A DNA stretch of 64,000 nucleotides from Squalus acanthias (taxonomy: Eukaryota), in contig CM059433.1 of the NCBI GenBank assembly GCA_030390025.1, positions 1,612,001 to 1,676,000 of the forward strand, in the 5' to 3' direction. The notes below the pieces were generated by a model. It had not been told where the DNA came from. It did no database searches and worked only from the letters and a program-made list of their open reading frames with translations. Position 1 is the first letter of the stretch. Each line of letters starts with the position of its first letter. The translations under genes were made by a program, and so were the position numbers. Shown one piece after another: positions 61,181 to 64,000 of the stretch.

Positions 61181-61720
61181 TAAGCTCGAGGAACAGCACC
61201 TCATCTTTCGTTTAGGCACTCTACAGCCCTCTGGACTCAACATAGAGTTCAACAATTTCAGATCATAACCCCGGCCCCCATCACATATATATATATATTT
61301 TTATTTTATTTTTTTATCCACCCTTTTGTTTGGCCTTTTTTTTTTCTTCCCCCCCAGAAGCTGGCAGCTGTCCTTCATTCTGCCAGCGCTTTTCACACTT
61401 CATCTAGAGCCATCCTTTGTTCCTCAACCTGTCACATTACCACCTCCTCTTGCCTTGAATGTCTCTCAATGTCTCTTAATCTCTCCTGCTTTCTATCCCA
61501 CCACTGACCTCCCTTTTGTTCTTTCATCCCCTCCCCCTTTTCCCAGCCCCTAAACTTGCTTTAAAATCTATTTCATTTCCTGCTTTTTTCAGTTCTGACG
61601 AAAGGTCTTCGACCTGAAACGTTAACTCTATTTCTCTCTTCACGGATGCTGCCTGGCCTACTGAGTTTTTCCAGCATTTTCTGTTGTTATTTCAGATTTC
61701 CAGCATCCGCAGTATTTTGC
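61181..61720 (+). mobile_element. Penelope-like 3' fragment with hammerhead motif at 61591-61627
   Basis: KLEEQHLIFRLGTLQPSGLNIEFNNF; AGTT-CTGACGA-A-AGGTC(TTC)GACCT-GAAACGTT-AACT; homologous to 54620-55050. Confidence 0.85.
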
Positions 61721-62144
61721 TATCTCATTTTGTGCCCCCTTGTTGGCCGGGATAACTCTACTCCGGTTTAAGCAGGGATCTCACAGGCACAGTATAGCTT
61801 AAGGTATAATTTTATTCGTCCAAAGTTTAGCAGAGTGTTAAAGTTACAGATTAGTCATAATGCTATAATACCTATTCCATTACAATTTACAAGTATCACA
61901 TACAACTCGGGACACCTTAGCTACGTCAGTGATGGTTGTCTGTTCTCCCAAGAATCTGGCTAACTAATCTTATTCAGGTTATTTTTATGGTTTGTTGATG
62001 GACCATGCATGACGCTTTTATTGTGTGATCAGGCTTACCTGACCTTTTATAACTGGATTATGGTTGAGCAGACCGATAACATCTTTATCTTTTATTGCAA
62101 GTTCTAACCGGGAGCTTTAGTTGTCACTACCTTATATCACATCA

Positions 62145-62420
62145 GCAGAAATCCTATTCATTCTTCTCTTGAAACAAAGGAACTTCTTATATACAAAGAT
62201 TTGACAAAGGTTGTGGCTTATTTCTCAACACCCCTTATTCTGGATTACTCCATCAGAAGGAATAGCTTCACGGCATCCACTCTATCCAATCCCTTTATCA
62301 TTTTAAACACTTTAATTAGATAACCCCTCAACCTTCTAAACCTGAAGGAATACAAACTAAGTTTTTGCAACCTGTCCTCATAGTTTAACCCTTTAAGTAC
62401 TGGTATTATTTGGGTGAACT
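62145..62420 (-). mobile_element. Old CR1 RT C-terminal fragment
   Basis: LKGLNYEDRLQKLSLYSFRFRRLRGYLIKVFKMIKGLDRVD. Confidence 0.75.
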
Positions 62421-62883
62421 TCCCCAAAACACACCTTATATTCTCTCTTCCAGTTATAACTGGTACTCCTGCCCCTGTACCTTAAATTCAATTCCACACC
62501 AAGACTCTCTCCTCTCCAAAAAACATACTTCTGGTCCCCAGGATACTTTGGCATGGCATGCCAATTACACCTTTCACATGGGGTAAGAGCTGGACAGTAG
62601 AACTCAGTGCCTCAGAATTCTAGAATGCCATAGCGCAGAAAGAGACCATTCAGCCCATCAGGTCAGCATCTGTGTTTTTTTCCACATAAGCTACAAAGGC
62701 GAATCCCACACTGCCATTTGCTCCCATACCCCTTTAATAATGCTCCATTTTAACAACTAACTCGTTCTTTTAATTAAAAAAAATATGGACTTTGCCTCAA
62801 CAACAAATTGTGTCAGAGAATTCCGCATTCTAACTAGCTGTGGTGTAAAGAATTGTTTCAAACCGCCCCTTTAGTTCTAAGTG

Positions 62884-63320
62884 TGAGCCTTTGCTCAGTG
62901 GCAGCGCAGCGCTCTTGTCTCTGAGTCAGACACAAACTCAACTCCACACCAGAGACCTGAGCACATAATCCAGGCTGACACTTCAGTTTACTGCTGAGGT
63001 AGTTCTGCACTGTCACAGGTATTTTTTTTTAATCAGATGAGATATCAGACCGAGGTCCTGTCTGCGCTCTCAGGTGGACATAAATGATCCCATGGCACTT
63101 TTTGAAGAAGAGCAGGGGAGTTTTCCCAATGTCCCTCAATCAACACCACCAAAAACTGATTTTCTGGCCGTTTATCTCATTGCTGTTTGTGGAACCTCAG
63201 CAGGTTGGCTGCTGTGTTTCCCTGCATTACAACAGTGACTATGCTTCAAAAGCACTTCACTGACTGTGAAGTGCTTCCGGACACCCCGAGTGTGTGAAAG
63301 GCACTATATAAATGCTAACT
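62884..63320 (+). mobile_element. Near full-length, diverged Deu-domain SINE (SacSINE1-like)
   Basis: tRNA-like head AGCCTTTGCTCAGTGGCAGC, central GAAGAAGAGCAGGGGAGTT..TATCTCATTGCTGTTTGTGG, tail ACAACAGTGACT..GTGAAAGGCACTATATAAATGC. Confidence 0.8.
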
Positions 63321-64000
63321 GGTCCTTTTGTGATTATTTTAAATTTGTGCCCTATTGTTACCTTGTCATTGATTAGTGTAACAATCTATCACTATCTACC
63401 TCGGAGAACCCTTGATCACCTTTACTAATTTTATCAGGTCCTTATCTTCTCAGCTCCATTGAAAATGCCCTGAATTTCAGAAACCATCTAAATGCAGCCT
63501 CTTTTAGTGTGAACCTGAACATGCAACATGTCCATAGCTTGCTTTCGCTACACGCTTAATCTCAGCTCTTTGCCACATTTCAGGAAAAGGTAGGTGAACA
63601 GTTGCCAGATTGCCATGCATTTTCGCTCTGTGATATCCACTAAGCTTACAGTGAAGTGCTGTTAAAATACATTATACGGCAACATTGTAAAATAAAGTGT
63701 GAGCATGCTTGGCAACCTCTCGGAGACCTGCAAATTCCTTCCCCGTCTGGTCCCAGGATCTGATCACAGTTCAGACACCATTCACTTGTTCTGCTGCTCT
63801 TGCTATACTCTTCGGAGGGAAATCCCCTTCCAGGACTTTCTACAGCAGCACCTCTAAAACTGCAAACCTGGAAGGCTGCGGTTTGTCAGTCTAGATCTTG
63901 CTGAGGCCATTTTTTACCTCTCACAGCAGCACTGCTTTAATGTGAGAGCAGCGGCCCTTTAGGAGCTGCCAGTGCCAGATAACAGGCCCCTTTGCTTCAC

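Overview
This window is vertebrate, repeat-dominated DNA with no recognisable host protein-coding gene. The repeat content (CR1 and L2 LINEs, Deu-domain SINEs, Penelope-like elements, Harbinger transposons) points to a cartilaginous fish, probably a shark (inference). The only long intact ORF is a very young Gypsy-type LTR retrotransposon at 49930-54480: a 1316-aa gag-pol, 194-bp LTRs differing at one base, and an ACCGC target-site duplication (TSD). It has no tRNA primer-binding site. Instead an 11-nt tract just after the 5' LTR is perfectly complementary to a tract inside the LTR, the signature of Tf1-type self-priming. It also has a YLDN reverse transcriptase (RT) motif and a triplicated PPT/U3 start. 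Other highlights: a ~1.8-kb near-perfect palindrome made by two copies of one Harbinger-type MITE inserted in adjacent units of a CR1 tail microsatellite; a four-level nest (CR1 > Harbinger > LINE > SINE); Penelope elements carrying minimal hammerhead ribozyme motifs; two SINE/LINE pairs with shared 3' tails; and several G/C-rich minisatellites. All family assignments were made by eye, without database searches.
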